Positions 1-14,054 of a DNA stretch of 64,000 bases are shown here, in pieces; positions within the stretch are counted from its first letter, which is position 1, and each line of letters begins with the position of its first letter. A model generated the notes under the pieces. That model was not told the origin of the DNA. It saw only the letters and a program-made list of their open reading frames with translations, and did not search any database. The position numbers were made by a program, and so were the translations under genes. The DNA lies in assembly GCA_964016885.1 (NCBI GenBank), contig OZ024746.1:76508001-76572000 (forward strand), read 5' to 3'. Source of the DNA: Eledone cirrhosa. Taxonomy: Eukaryota.

Positions 1-1914
1 TTCGCTGATATTTAAATAGATAAATTTCCTGATAAAATAGTTTTTAATTTAGGTACAAGTCCAGCAATTTTGAGGGGAGAAGGGGAAAAGCAATTATATT
101 GACTGCAGTACTTCAAAGGTACTTTATTTTATTAATCCCCCGGAAGGACGGAAGGCAAAATTAATCTTGGTGGGATTTGAAGGTAAAGAGCCGAAACAAA
201 TACTGCACAGCATTTTGTCCAACACCCTAACAATTCTGCCAATCTACCACTATGCTATTTATTCTTCCCATACAAAAAAAAAAGAATAGAATGTCAAACA
301 TATTTCGCTTTTTGTTTAATAATTCACATAAAACGTACATAGGTGAACCCTTAAAAGTTCGGTAATATAAAAACAGTAACCCGACATGTAGTAAGTTCAT
401 TACTATTTAGCACTTTTGAGACCAACCTACCCCAAAATTAACTGTTTTAAAGGGTTCCCATTTAAATTTAAATCCTCCAATATAATTTTATATAAGAACC
501 TCTTGTTAAATTTTGCTACGAATATTTTAATAATGAAACAAATGATTTTAGTAAATTTTTCAAAATTCTTCATTAACTATTAATTTTCTGTACCTCATGA
601 AATCATTAATAAAACATTCTTGAAAAGTACAAAACAGCAATATGACTTCATCACATTGAAAATTAAAGTATTTACTGTCATACTGCAAATTTTCACAAAG
701 ATCTGCCCACTAGTAAAGATACTATAAACATTTGAATTGATAAGCCTGTTTTTTTTATATTTTCTGAAAATCATTACAGGATCATCATCATCAACAACCT
801 CATTTAATGCCCGTTTTCCTTGCTAGCAAAGGTTAGACAGGTTGTCATAGACCAAATCAGTACTTAATTGGGTCTACTGACCTCTCTGATGGGCCAGGAG
901 CCACATCTCACTTCTATACATTCCCACACTAAATAAAATACGCCTGGTACATATTATTGTGGTACTACAACTAAGAAGTGTGTCATGTCACTGACAAAAC
1001 TGAAGCGTCTTCTGAACCCTTTGTTTGGCAAGTTTTATGAGGCTGGATGTCCTTCCTGTCACCAACTATTTTATAGAATGGACTGGGTGTGCTTTAAGCC
1101 ACCAACACTAGAGATATTTTCATGCCCTTGACACAAAAGTCTTATCCTTTGTTACAAGTTAATTGAAATACATTGCATTTCATTAGAAATACTGAAACAA
1201 ATGGGTTAAAGAAGACCTGAAACTTCATACTAAGAAGTAGATTTTAAAAGTACTATTTTGTGTGCTCACTAAAACTTAAAAGGAGTATGTGTGGAGAGAG
1301 AGAGAGAGCACATACATATGTGACTGTCTGAAACAAAACAACTAGAATAGCTGGACAACAGAAAACGATTGAACAGTTAATAACTGATTCAGTAATTATT
1401 CTTTTAAAAGTTGAGGAGAATAGAAAGAGATGTGGCAATGCAAAAATACACACTTTAATTGATCAATCATAAACAGAAGACATGTTCACTAACTATCAGT
1501 AGTGCCACGAAGAAAATTATAAATTTAAATGACAACGAGCAAAAATAAATTTTTTGCTCCTGAATTAGAGGAGTGTTAGTTCTATTGATTTGATTTGAGA
1601 AATATTTCAGGAAGCGACAGTAATCAAAAGATCTGAGTGAAGCAAATAGAAGATAATTATAAGGTTTGTAATAGTTATTACACTTTGTTATAGTTACCAT
1701 ACACAGTCTATCATTTCCTCATTACAAACTCCCTCCACAAGAATACATATATGATGAAATAAATTTTAATCATCATCATTTTACATTTGCTTTCCAAACT
1801 GGCATGGGTTGGATGAGTTGTTACAGCCTGAGACTAGACTGGTAGGGCAACCATGTCTTGAATCTATCGCTTTCTATTTGTTCTACAGCTGAATGCCCTT
1901 TCTAATGCCAACAA

Positions 1915-2360
1915 TTTTACAGGATACTGAGTGTGTTTTATCGTAATACCAGCACTTCCACCTTAGAATGTATAATGGATACATTTTATTGTAGTATCAG
2001 CACTACTACTTCAGAGAGAGTACTAGGTGCATTTTATCATGGCACCAGCACTACTACTTTACAAAATAACCTGAGTGCATCTTATAACACCAGCACCACC
2101 ATTTCACACTGTACTGGGTGCATTTTATCGTGGTAACAACACTTCCATCTTACAGAGGGTAATGGGTGCATCTTATAGCACCACCACATCAAAGTGTACT
2201 GGATGCATTTTATTGTGACACCAGCACTACAACTTTACAGAATGCACTGGGTGCATTTTATCATAGCAGCAAAACAACCCCTTTACAGAGTGAACTGGAT
2301 GCATTTTAACATGGCACTAGTACTACCATTTCACAGAGTATATTGAGTGCATTTAATCCT
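1915..2360. repeat. Degenerate ~48-bp minisatellite, about 10 units
   Basis: Unit approximately ctttacagagtgtactgggtgcattttatcgtggcaccagcactac, amplified from part of the adjacent (GAT)n-tail retroposon. Confidence 0.8.
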
Positions 2361-3169
2361 ATTACAGTAAAACAAAAATCTTAAAAAGTCTTCAAGGAAA
2401 CATGATAGAGGCACAGGCATGTGGTTAAGGTATTCACTTGCAACTATGTGGTTTTGAGTTCAATCCCACTAGTCACATGGCTGAATGGTTATGAAGTTTA
2501 CTTCACAATCCAGAGTTTACATGTTTGATTTCACTGCATGGCATTTTAGGTAAATGTCTTCTACAATAATCTTAGGCGAACCTGTTTTGTCAGTGTAATT
2601 CAGTAGACAGCAACTGTGTAGAAGCCTGTCAAATGGCCAATACCAGTAAATTCAAAGGGCCAACCTTGTCACACTATGTGTCCTAGTGAATCTCCTTGAA
2701 AATCACAATTAAACCCTTTAATACCAACCCAACCCAACCCAACCAAAATTGGTTCTAGTTCTTTGAAACAAAACCCTCCTTCCATGTGAAACATGTTAAC
2801 AAAAAGGAAAGGTGCTGATCATCAGATCAGACAAAGGAAACAATGTTTCCAGTGATCTTTCCATTGTTAATACAATCTGCTGCTTGCAACTCACAGCAAG
2901 AGGTAAAATAAATTATTTTGCTCAATAACACAATGCACCATCTAGGTTGGGAATTAAACCCACAACTTTATAATTTTGAGTCTAAAAGCCTAACCTCTAA
3001 ACCACACAAGGTTAAGAAGATATAAGAGCTTCATCTAAAATTGTCATCTGGCCTCATCAAGCCTTAAAAGTAGCCACAACATTGACACCTAGAGGAAAAA
3101 CTTAATAGTTTTTCCTCTAAGTGTCAACAAACTATGATTAAAAAGTACAGTAGCCACCCACCTCACCAA

Positions 3170-4100
3170 CATCAACTTTCTCAGTGTCAAATTAGATCTA
3201 CACTCACACACACACAAACCTTTTCCATAAACCAAATGAAAAACTTAGATACACCCACAAAAATTCCTGCCATCCACCTATAGTTTTTAAAACCTAGTTA
3301 ACAACATTAGAAGGATCTCTAACCTTTCATTCAACAAAGAGGCATCCTCCTATTATAAGACCAAAAAGTGGTTTCACAGAAAAAAAAGATCCATACTCTC
3401 ATGACCAACAGCATAAAACTACTAGATGAAAAACAGAAGTAGAGCAATCATATAGTTTTCACCCCCTTTCTCCCTTAATATTAAAAATAACATTGGAAAA
3501 AAACATTCTTACCATTCTTAACACTCATAGATAAGCATTTCCCTGTTGGCCATATATATAGGTGAATATTTAACCACCATATGATAAAAATCCACTATTC
3601 CTGTGCAAAAAGTATTAAATCCCACAACACCAACAAACCCATGAGCTCCCTTACACTAAGTTGCTGATGCAGAAGACAGGGATCATGCTACTTTAACCAA
3701 GAATGCAACATACCCACCATGGTATATGAAGCAGAAATCACCTCAACTCAATCAAACCAGCAGCAGGAGGTGAAGGGATATGTCGGAATGTCGGAGGGTC
3801 ATTTTTAAATGCCATTTCCTTAACCACGAAATGACCTTTAGGCATCCAGATAAGAAATATGCCATGAAACTTGCAAGTTAGATGTAGATCCTCAAAGATA
3901 GTGGTACAGATTTCTCCATTAAATGGAGGATTCTAGAAAGATCTAAGCCCTATGCAAACAGAATGAAGTCATGTAAGTTAAACACAGGTGAAAGATGGAA
4001 TAGCTTAAAAGAACTTCAATTCATGAGTAACTGCCTAAATACAGGACTTCTTCAATCACTGCCCACACATGTTCAAATATAGACTTAAAAAATGGAAAAA
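3170..4100 (+). mobile_element. Decayed Penelope-like retroelement (RT thumb, Cys-rich linker, GIY-YIG endonuclease), Naiad-like
   Basis: Frameshifted translation gives HKPNEKLRYTHKNSCHPP, AII*FSPPFSLNIKNNIGKK, IFNHHMIKIHYSC, CxCx5Cx5C (3662-3706), VYEAEI...GYVGMSEG, WRILERSKPY...SCKL and FNHCPHMFKY. These are colinear with PLE C-terminal motifs as recalled. Confidence 0.85.
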
Positions 4101-4557
4101 CCCAGAACACATGCAACACACCTTGACACGCACTTCAACTCTCCCTATGAAAAATTAACTTGAAATATGATGAGACTCTCTAATTAACATCAGATGAGCC
4201 ACACCACCACCACTTCTACAGATATCTACCTTATTGCCTCTAACCCATGTAGATTTTTAAGCTTATGATAAACTATTAACATGACATAAATTAACTCTCA
4301 CTTTATAAAAATGGGTTGCCACCCCTTTTCACTCTTACACACCTAACTACTATAAAAGAAGGACTAGTTCAATATCATAGTTCATTTCAATATAGACAAT
4401 CTGATGAATTGAGTGGATCAATTTAGATCCTCGTAATGAAACACTTGTGTTTGGATAATGTATTGTTAATGTAATAAAATATTTTATATAAAAACTCAGC
4501 CCCTGGATTGAGTGCTCTACCTACATATTCATTACAAAATTCAACTACTCTCTCTCT

Positions 4558-4588
<31 letters not shown>

Positions 4589-6428
4589 GGGGGTACACAC
4601 ACAATGTCTTTATTTATGTCCCACAACTTAGCAGTTTAACAAAAGGAGTAGTAAAATTGAGAAAAAGGTAGGTATTTGTGATGGAGAGGAGGTCAAAATG
4701 ACCAACTAAAAACTTTTAAAGTGGTGCCCCAGCATGGCTGCAGTCTAATGGCTGAAACAAGTAAATGAATAAAAGAGCATATCTATACCAAAAATCCTGA
4801 AGGAATGCTGGTGGATAATTAAAAATAGGAATGAGGATTGCTTCCTTGGGTACACATACACACACACAAAAGAAATAATTGACTTGACCACAGTATATGA
4901 CTGATATTTATTTGTGTATACAGGATGAAAAAGCAACAACCTTTTTTATACAAAACTGTCTGAAACTGGCCCTGGTTCTGTGATAGAAAACCCTTTTTTA
5001 TTTTAAAGTCTTTATTTTTCTAAAAACCTGCCATGTAAGAACATCTGTTAATTTATGTTCAAAACACTAACTTAATAGCAACAAAGCTATTGGTATTACT
5101 AAATTCCTCCAAATTCTTGAAAAGAATTTGAAAATCATAGACAGTGTCTTTTGTAGAAATGTAGTAATGAAATGATTAAAAACAATATGCTCGAAAAGCA
5201 TATGACATGAAACCAAAAACAAAAAAAAATCCATGTTAGCTACAACTAGACTTCACAGTCTCTAAGAAATGACAGTGGAAAGCAAGCCTCCTATTTGCTA
5301 ATAACAACAGTAGTAATTATCAGTAAATTAGCAACAAAAAGAATAAGTTGTCCAGTAAGTTATAAATAATAAAATATATAACAAAGGGAAATAACTTTAA
5401 GAATGATTCATGAAAATAATTGTTTCTACTTTTGGCACAAGGCCAGCAATTGTCCCAGTGCATAAGTGGTTCTTTATTTTATCGACTCCATAAGGATGAA
5501 AAGCAAAGTTAACCTCGGCGGAGTTTGAACTCAGAATATAAAGGGCTTAATTCTCTGCTGCAAAGCATGGCGTCCGGTCTTCTACCGATACTGCCAATCT
5601 ACTGCCCCATGAAACTAATAGTATAAACCATTAAACAAAGCCAATTCCTTCCAGAGAAAAAGAAAGGGAGAGTAACAGAGAGAAAGTTAGAAAAAAACTG
5701 ATACTTTTCACCCTGAATAGAATAAAGGATGTTGACCATGTCAAAATTTGAGCTCAGCAGAGAGAACCAAATTGAATAGGGCTGTGCATTTTATCTGACC
5801 TTACAGCTTTGCCAATGTGTCACTTTATTTTGTGATTAATGAATTTAAGACAGTTAGACGTTTTTTGTTGTTTTTTTTTTGTTATTTTAAAGTAATCACT
5901 ATCCCTTTCAGTAAGTTTGTTCTTTTTAATATGAAGAGGTTAAAAAGAAAAAAAAAAATTTTCCTCCAATTTGGTGAGATAATAAAGAACAGGTAGTTTT
6001 AACTCTTGATATGAACCTGGCCTAAATTAGCTCAACTTTTATTAAAGAAAACTACCCATTTTAAAGGGTTCAAAATTCTTCATAAATTAATTGAAATAGA
6101 ATTCATTTCATTAGAAATACAGTTACGAAAGTGGTAAGAGACTTGTTCTGTAGTAAACTACAAGCATATTAAAAATCAAGCAAAAAATAAAATAATTTGG
6201 GAGAGAAAGAGACAAAGCAACAAATATAGAAATAAAAAGACAAGACAGTTTTCTGTGATGGTAAATGGAATGCTTTCATGTTTCTCTATTCAGCAGCCTG
6301 AGCATATAATATATACATATATACATATATATATTATATTTGCAACAATATGTATGAGAAAGCAGTAAAAGCATTTTTTTAAAAATACATATATATATAG
6401 TAGTTGGCATAGAAGCCTGCATACCTAC

Positions 6429-6473
6429 CTCATAACTCTCAGCTGGCACTGAAGATAGCTCTTTATCACCACC
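6429..6473 (-). CDS. lin-10: Candidate 45-nt cassette exon (GGDKELSSVPAESYE) inside the PTB domain
   Basis: ttctccttcattctcctggccag|GGTGGT...TATGAG|gtaggt. Phase 0-0, stop-free, GC-richer than flanks. Confidence 0.65.
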
Positions 6474-9400
6474 CTGGCCAGGAGAATGAAGGAGAATAAT
6501 AGGCTAGAGAATAACCAGTGGTAATAAACAAAAGTTGATGTTTCTGATCTAGACCAATTTGCCCAACGGTCAGATATTCAATTTGAATTATCAACTAAAG
6601 GATAGTCCAGTTTTAAGAAAAACAAACAAACAAAAACAGTTATATGGTTGACTAATAGCTTAATTCATAATCCAAATATTTAATGAATACCTCATTAGGC
6701 ATTATGAATGGACCCATAACTCCTGATGGAATTGAGGGTGCCATAGTGACATCTTGGGCATTTAAAACTGGGTGGAGCCCCTCTTTCTCCATGTCTGAAC
6801 ATAGCCAATTTCTTAAAGAGAAGGAGAGTGGGTGATAGAGAGGAAGTGAGAGATATATAGAGGAAGAATCAATCCCAGTACAGGAATGGTACTTTTTTTT
6901 TATTGATCTCGAAAGGATGACAGGAAAAGTTGAATGTAACAGGATTTCAACTCAGAGTGCAGAGAGCCAGAACAAATATTACAAAGCATTCTATCTAACA
7001 TTTTAATGACATAAAGAATTACAAAATATTTTGAAAGCTAAAGAATTCCTTGAAAATATTCAATTTTAGTGAGATGACATATTTTATCTCTATTTTAATA
7101 ATCTACAGATTATTACATTAGCAAGACGTTCTTGAAAAATACAAAACATCACTATGATCACACCACATTAAAAAATGAAGCCTTTACTCTAATAATGCAA
7201 ATGTTCATAATGATCTGTCCACCAGTAAGGATACTATGAACATTTGAATTAACAAACCCATTTTTAGATATTTTCTGCCAAATCATTACAGGATGTTAAA
7301 AGTTAGTGACATTGAGAACTAGACAACCAATTTAGTGGTTGGTATAAAGCAAAGCTCATTTTAAAATAAAATTATGACACTACTTTGAAGGCAAAAATTC
7401 AATTTCAAAATCTTAAAATAATAGCAGAAGGGATTAACTCCCAACGTCCTGTACCACATGAAACTACATTAGCAAGATATTTTTTAAAATTGCAAAACAG
7501 CATTATGGCTGCATCACATTGATATTTAAAGTCTTTATTCTAACTCTGCAAATTTTCTCAATAATCTGTCCCCTAATAAAGATACTATAAACATTTAAAT
7601 TATCAAACCTGATTTTAGAGGTTTTGTGCTGAATCACAACGGGGTGTTAAGGATTAATAAAAATCAAGGAATAAGAAATTATCCATCTCAAATCCCAACT
7701 AGGCCTATCGCCCAGTGCTTTTGGTACCATTTACAGATAATTTGTTATTTTGCAACAAGATCCCAACTTTAGGGAAGACATGCTGCAGGTTTTGTTTTCA
7801 TTTAATCAAAAAGATGACTGAAAGACAAAGTTGACCTTGGCAGGATTTTAAACTCAGAACGTAAAGAGTCTTAACTAAATGCTGAAAAACATTCTAACCA
7901 TTTTAAATAATAATTGTTTCTACTTTTTTGGCACAAGGCCAGCAATTATCCAGTGTATTACTGGTACTTTATTTTATCGACCCGATAAGGACGAAAGGCA
8001 AAGTTAACCTCAGCGGGATTTGAACTCAGAATGGCAAGGGCCGCAACTCTCTGCGTCAAAGCATGGCGCCCGACCCTCTACCGATACTGCCAATCCACCG
8101 CCTTATTATTATTTAAATAATAATAATATGTAACCTTCCCTATAATAATAATTTTTATTTGGCATGAAACTTATGATTTAATGGAAAATGGGAAATTGAA
8201 AATGGTTGTGCTCAAGCCTCTTTCAAGAACAATGGCAATGGTCAAGTAATCCACAATATTTCTGAATGGAAATCAAAACAAGACAGTGTGATCAGTTAAC
8301 CAAGTACATGCCATGAGAAAGATCATGTCACACAATTTTAAGAGAGGGTGGAGGTAAAAGGTCATCTGTTCAATCAGTTTCAAGAAAAGAAACAAAAAGT
8401 TCTATTCTCTCAACATCGTTGAGCAGAACTTACAAAAAAAATGATTGTATTAAAGAGTAGAAGGGAAAGGGAAAATAAAGCTAATAATACATGAGGAAAT
8501 TAAGAAAAGGTACCATGTATTTCAAAATTCATATACTCCTAGTATCTTGTACCACATGAAACCGGATTAGCAAAAGACAAAAATTTGAAAAATACAAAAT
8601 AGCACTATAACTGCACCATATTAAAAATCAAAGTCTTAACTCTGATAGTACAAATTTTTACAGAGATCTTATTACTATTAAAGATATTATATTATAATTG
8701 AATTAACAGACCTGCTTGTAGATATTTTCTGCTAAATCATTAGAGAATGTTAAAAGTTAGTGACATTGAGAGCTAGAACCAGTAAAGACTTGATAAAACA
8801 CTTATGGAGTACTGGTTTTATCAAATATATAATGGGCACATTCTTTACAAGGTCATCAATAACCAAATAATAATAGATCTGACTCTTAAAGATAATTTAT
8901 GGATTACAGAGGGCTCCAAATTCGCCATATTCTTGGTTGAATTTCACACAAGGTTGAAGGAAAATTGAATATTAGTGTTCTAATTAATAAAGTATGAAAG
9001 TTCCACACAAATATATATATTTTAAATTTAAAGCTTCTTTTGCTTAGAATAGTTCCCATATGAAACACAAAATCAATAATTTTATTGAACACTATTAGTG
9101 GTTATCTCTAAGTATACGTGGAGATAGGGCAAAAGAGAAGAGAATGAGTATTATAGGCATTAGTGGAATATATTATGATTATAAGCATTTTGCAACAATT
9201 ATCATCAGTCAACAAAGAATTTCTATTGGAGTGAACCAAAAAGCAAACATTTTGAATGCTGATTTCAAAACTGTCATGTTTTTCAATAGTATATATATAT
9301 ATTTTGAAATGGGATCAATAATCACTATATGTATAATACAATGTCTTTGCATCTGTACTGTCTGTCCAGAAGAGAATATTGTTGAATTAAATTAAATAAA

Positions 9401-11939
9401 CCACAAAAGCAACTATGTTGGTGCAAGTTCGTATCATTTGCACATGAAAAATGTAGTTTTCCTTTTCATACATTGACTACATGATGCAGTAAGCGATGTA
9501 TAGGAAGAACAATTCCATCAAGATATTTATGCAATGGAAACATGATACTGTGAAGGCATGATGGGTGGCTATTATTGGATGTTATAATTGCCACAATCCA
9601 GAAGTTTATAAGAGAAACTCATATTCACAACAGTTTAAAGAATTTTAATTTGTATAATGTACATTCAACTTCATGTGTATCTAATTGAATCTATGATATA
9701 TAAATAAGATTAAAATTATGTAAGAATTAATCAAGAGTATATTGTGTGTTTTAGCTTAAGCAATATATAAATTTGGTAAAGCGTTATTTAATAAATTATA
9801 TTTTGTACAATATATTATTTAATTGATCAAACTCATATTTCAAAAACAAGAAAGACAGATTTAGAATCAATACCCAAAATGTATCTGTAAAAAAGTTATT
9901 TCATCTCTAATGGGGGAAAGGACATGGACATTAAATTTTGTTGACCAATGTTTTAACTAAGTACTCTAATAAATTTGCATTTATTCAATAAAATTGCAAC
10001 AAATTTTACAAGAGAAAAACATGTATCAGTATGAAATATACACCTAAAAATTCAATAACTACTTAAGATACAATGTGCCTTTCAATTTCTCAGGCAATCT
10101 TAAATAACTAAGTTTAACTCTTAACATTTTGTACTGTATGAAACAACACATTCTTGAAAAGTTGTCCAATCATAAAGATAGTATAAGCATTTGAGTTAAC
10201 AAACTCCTTTTTAGACATTTTTTGCTGAATCATTACAGAATGTTAAGAGTTAAAAGTTAGATATTGACATTGTATGTAAACAGAAACAGAAATATTACAA
10301 CAAAATAACATTCTAAAACTACAATGTATGATATTTATAAAGCATTAAGAACAAAGTGTGAAGGAAAACAAAACAAGATGTAATTAAAACTAAAATATGT
10401 CACAATGGATTTAATAAAATGGATGAGAGTGGTGCTATATAAGAATGGTGAAATTATATCAATTAAAGGCTGTTTAAATGAAGTGCATGATTTTGGCATT
10501 AAAAAAATAATGACGTGAAGATAATTTTGTGGGAAGAAAATATCAAGGTTGAAAATACTAAAATTAATTTTGCTGAAAAAATTCAAATGTGAATACATAC
10601 ATGCAAAATACTTGCAAACCCTTTTGATACCAAGCTACATGATATCACCCCTGGTTCTATGATACAAAACCTTTTGCTTTTAAAGTGCTTATATTTATCT
10701 AAATAACCTTCCATTATAATTTTATGTAAACATCTTGTTATATTCCAAAGATTAACTTAACAATGGAAAAGTTAGTTATATTACCAACCTCTCCTCCCCT
10801 AAATTCTTGATTATTTTCAAAATTATTTGAAAATTATGGACAAAGTCTTTCTTTAAAAAATGGAAATGAAAAGATTAAAGTGCTTATTTTTATCTAAAAA
10901 TCTTTCATTATAATTTCCAGTAAGAACCTACGTTAAGTTATGTTCCAAATACCAGCTTAATAATGAGAAAGTTAGTTATTTTACTAAACCCCTCCAAATT
11001 ATTGAATATTTTCAAAATGATTTGAAAATTATAGACATTATCTTTTATTAAAAATATGGTATCGAAAGGGTTAAAGACTAAACATATCTAATGTATAGAT
11101 AATATTGACAAAAGGAAACAGAATAAAAAACACTTCATAGATGGACACATTCTCACTTGCATATTAAAACAAATTGAAAGAGTAGCTTAATAAGAGATAG
11201 TCAAAATATTGAAGGAGTTCAAATTAACCACCCCATGTAAATAGACTTGACATTTTCAGCTTTTGTTTTTTCGCCTGCAATTTCTAGTGTCGAGAGACCA
11301 CATAGGGACTCATTTGTTAGTCTGTGGGAAATCACAGAATGGCTTAATTATATTACTAAATCCCTCAAAATGTTTTGATTATTTTGAAAATGATTTTAAG
11401 CTTACAGGTAATGCCTTTCCTTAGAAGTATGGTAATGAAAGGCTTAAGGAGATAAATGTATAAATTTTAACACTGAATCTAAACAAAAAGGACAATGAAT
11501 TCCATGGTCCAAATAAAAGCACAGATCAACTAATGTTAATTAAAATTAGAAATGTGCTTTCAGTTTCAAGTATTTCAAAGATAATCTTAAAATTAGCTTA
11601 ATCTAATTAATTAATAGTTTCTACTTTTGGCACAAAGTCAACAATTATCCCAGTGCATTACTGGTGCTTTATTTTATCGACCCGTAAGGCAAAGTTAACC
11701 TCAACGGGATTTGAACTCAGACTATGAAGGGCCGTAACTCCATGCTGCAAAGCATGGTATCCAACCCTAAAGACTCAACAGAAATAAAATTTCAAACACA
11801 CTCTTAAATTGAAGTATATAAAATATTACTTTAAACTAATTAATAAAGACTAAATATAGAAAAATAAGGAAATAAATATAAAAAATATATATAATGACAA
11901 GGGAATCTTTGCTTTTTTTTTTATTCAGAATCTATGTAA

Positions 11940-12420
11940 AATATAATTATGACTTTATAGCAGATTCTTTTGTGTATACAACTTAGAAAAAAATATACTG
12001 CAAACACCCACAAAATTGTTAACCATCTTGCCAACAACAACCCTGAGTACCTTTTTGATTTCCATGTGTCTAACACACGTGGACATGCCCACAAAGTCAG
12101 AAAACAGCATAGTTCCCATGACTTTCGGAAACATTTTTTCACGCTCAGAATTGCTGAAGCATGGAACAAACTACCTGCATCAGTTGTTAGCTGTCGAGAC
12201 ACTGCATCCTTTAAAACCTCCATGCTTCCCGAGATTCGCCAACACTACAGCTAATGTTCCCCCTCCATACACATACACACATGTATACCATGACTCATAC
12301 ACTATTCACTTCCCTGACATTTGTGTATTATTCTATGTACTATACATACACCTTTGATGAGTTGTAGTGCACTTGAGCACTTTACACAATAATTTCATTA
12401 TTATTATTATTATTATTATT
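11940..12420 (+). mobile_element. CR1-clade LINE 3' end with (ATT)n tail
   Basis: ORF 11970..12254 contains NTRGHAHKVRKQ...RKHFFTLRIAEAWNKLPASVV...FKTSML, the typical CR1-group ORF2 C-terminus. A 3' UTR and an (att)n tail follow. Confidence 0.88.
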
Positions 12421-13680
12421 TATCCCTGCATGTCATAAGAGGCAACTAAAAGGGTTGGTGCCAAGAATAGTTGATATCTGTAAATCATTGCCACTAAAAG
12501 GATTCAATGATGAGTATGAAATGTATTAGGGGGGACCCACATGGGTAAACCCCATTTTAGTAGAGGGGAAATGTCCTTTAAATACTTGTTTTGATTTATA
12601 AAGAATATTTTTTTAATTAGAAAATTAGCACTGATATTACAGTATAATAAAAGATGAAAGAAATGGGTTGATTTAAACCTTTTGATACCAACCCATCCAA
12701 AACTGCATCTAGTGCCATGAAATGAAACCACCCGTTTAAAGGGTTCTTGTTTGAATTAAAATCTTTTAACTTTTTAAATTATGTTACATCATCTTAATGA
12801 AATAATAATTTTAGATAATCCCTCCAAATTCTTTATTAATTGATCTAAATAAAGTAAATACTGTAAATATTGTACGTATCACAACAAAAAGCACCCAGCC
12901 CACATTGTAAAGAGGTTGTTTTGGTGCCACAATAAAAAGCATCCAGTACATACTGTAAATGTGGTTGGTGTTAGGAAGAGCATCCAGCCATAGAAACCAA
13001 GCCAGAATCAGTTCCATGTGAGCAAGATATGGTCAGCTGGCTTGTCTTCCAAAAGGACACCTCATCTAACCTATGCTAGTTTAGACAAATGGATGTTAAA
13101 TGGTAATGATGATGAAAATGACTGTCTATTCTGTAGGTATTGCTTTAGGACCATACTGAATAATTTTTGGTATAACAAGGATGTCAAGGTAAGGGCCTGG
13201 TTAAGTAATTTACTGGATATCATAACCATACAATGGTGATAGTTGCTTGGTCACATGCTACTTATGTCTACAGAAAGACATATGAGTGTCTCATTTGAAT
13301 GGAAGCCAGATGGATAAGTCTGCAAAGAACTGGCAGTCATGAGCCTGGCATGGGAGCAGGCCCATGACAAAGCTTGTGACTGTGCGGGTTGCAGATCTCC
13401 CATTGCTTACTGCTCCAAATGGAGAAAAAGGAATTAAAGAAGAAGGATTTCATTAGAAATAAAATTATCTGGGGAATTCCAAAAATTCCAATAGAAAGGA
13501 AAATTCTTGTTTCCAAATAAGTTTTACTTAATGATATAGTTTCTATATATGACAGCAAGTAAAGAAATTAATGGCAAAAAGAAAGTAAAAAATGAAAACA
13601 ACTAAATACATTGGTGAAATGTTTGACAACTAATGTACAGCAGACAATATTTAGGAAAAAACAAGAATGAGATAACTCAC

Positions 13681-13686
13681 CGAAGC
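13681..13686 (-). CDS. lin-10: Candidate 6-nt microexon (Ala-Ser) inside the PTB domain
   Basis: Branch-like ttttaac, then an ~45-nt pyrimidine tract, then tttttag|GCTTCG|gtgagt. Phase 0-0, compatible with the upstream RIK exon. Confidence 0.65.
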
Positions 13687-13906
13687 CTAAAAATGTAATA
13701 TGAAAAAAGTGAGGGAAAAAAGAAAGAAATGTTAAAATGGATTCAATTAAAAACATTATATATAAATATAAAAGTATAAATATATATATACACATACATA
13801 CAAATATATGTATATATATATACACACACACACATATATATGTATATATATATACACACACACACATATATATGTATATATATATACACACACACACATA
13901 TATATA

Positions 13907-13946
<40 letters not shown>

Positions 13947-14018
13947 AAAGGCAATCAGAAATAACAAAGCAGACGACACAGTACAATTACTTTTATGCTT
14001 GATATAGTAGGAAAAGAG

Positions 14019-14054
14019 TCTTAACATTTCAGACTCTAGTCTTTCATCAGAAAA
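14019..14054 (-). ncRNA. Minimal hammerhead-like fold in a (TA)n-flanked PLE-type fragment (13945-14168)
   Basis: Minus strand reads CTGATGA a agac taga gtct GAAA tgt TA aga. Stems I and III are weak (stem III possibly CpG-decayed acgt). Confidence 0.45.

Noticed and set aside
1915-2360. Repeat-spacer-like array
   Set aside because: Whole units are homologous and derive from a retroposon segment; there are no unique spacers or cas genes.
3665-3667. In-frame TGA inside the PLE Cys motif as possible selenocysteine
   Set aside because: It occupies the x position of CxC, not a Cys position. The copy has many other stops and frameshifts, and CpG decay of CGA is a simpler explanation.
11231-11274. 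Basic peptide AKKQKLKMSS resembling the vertebrate APBA1 insert
   Set aside because: The acceptor lacks a pyrimidine tract, there is no good donor, and the region looks like a transposon remnant.
13568-14027. YI/CV/HT-repeat ORFs here and at 29504-29879, 30701-31563 and 35176-35470
   Set aside because: Translations of dinucleotide microsatellites, not genes.
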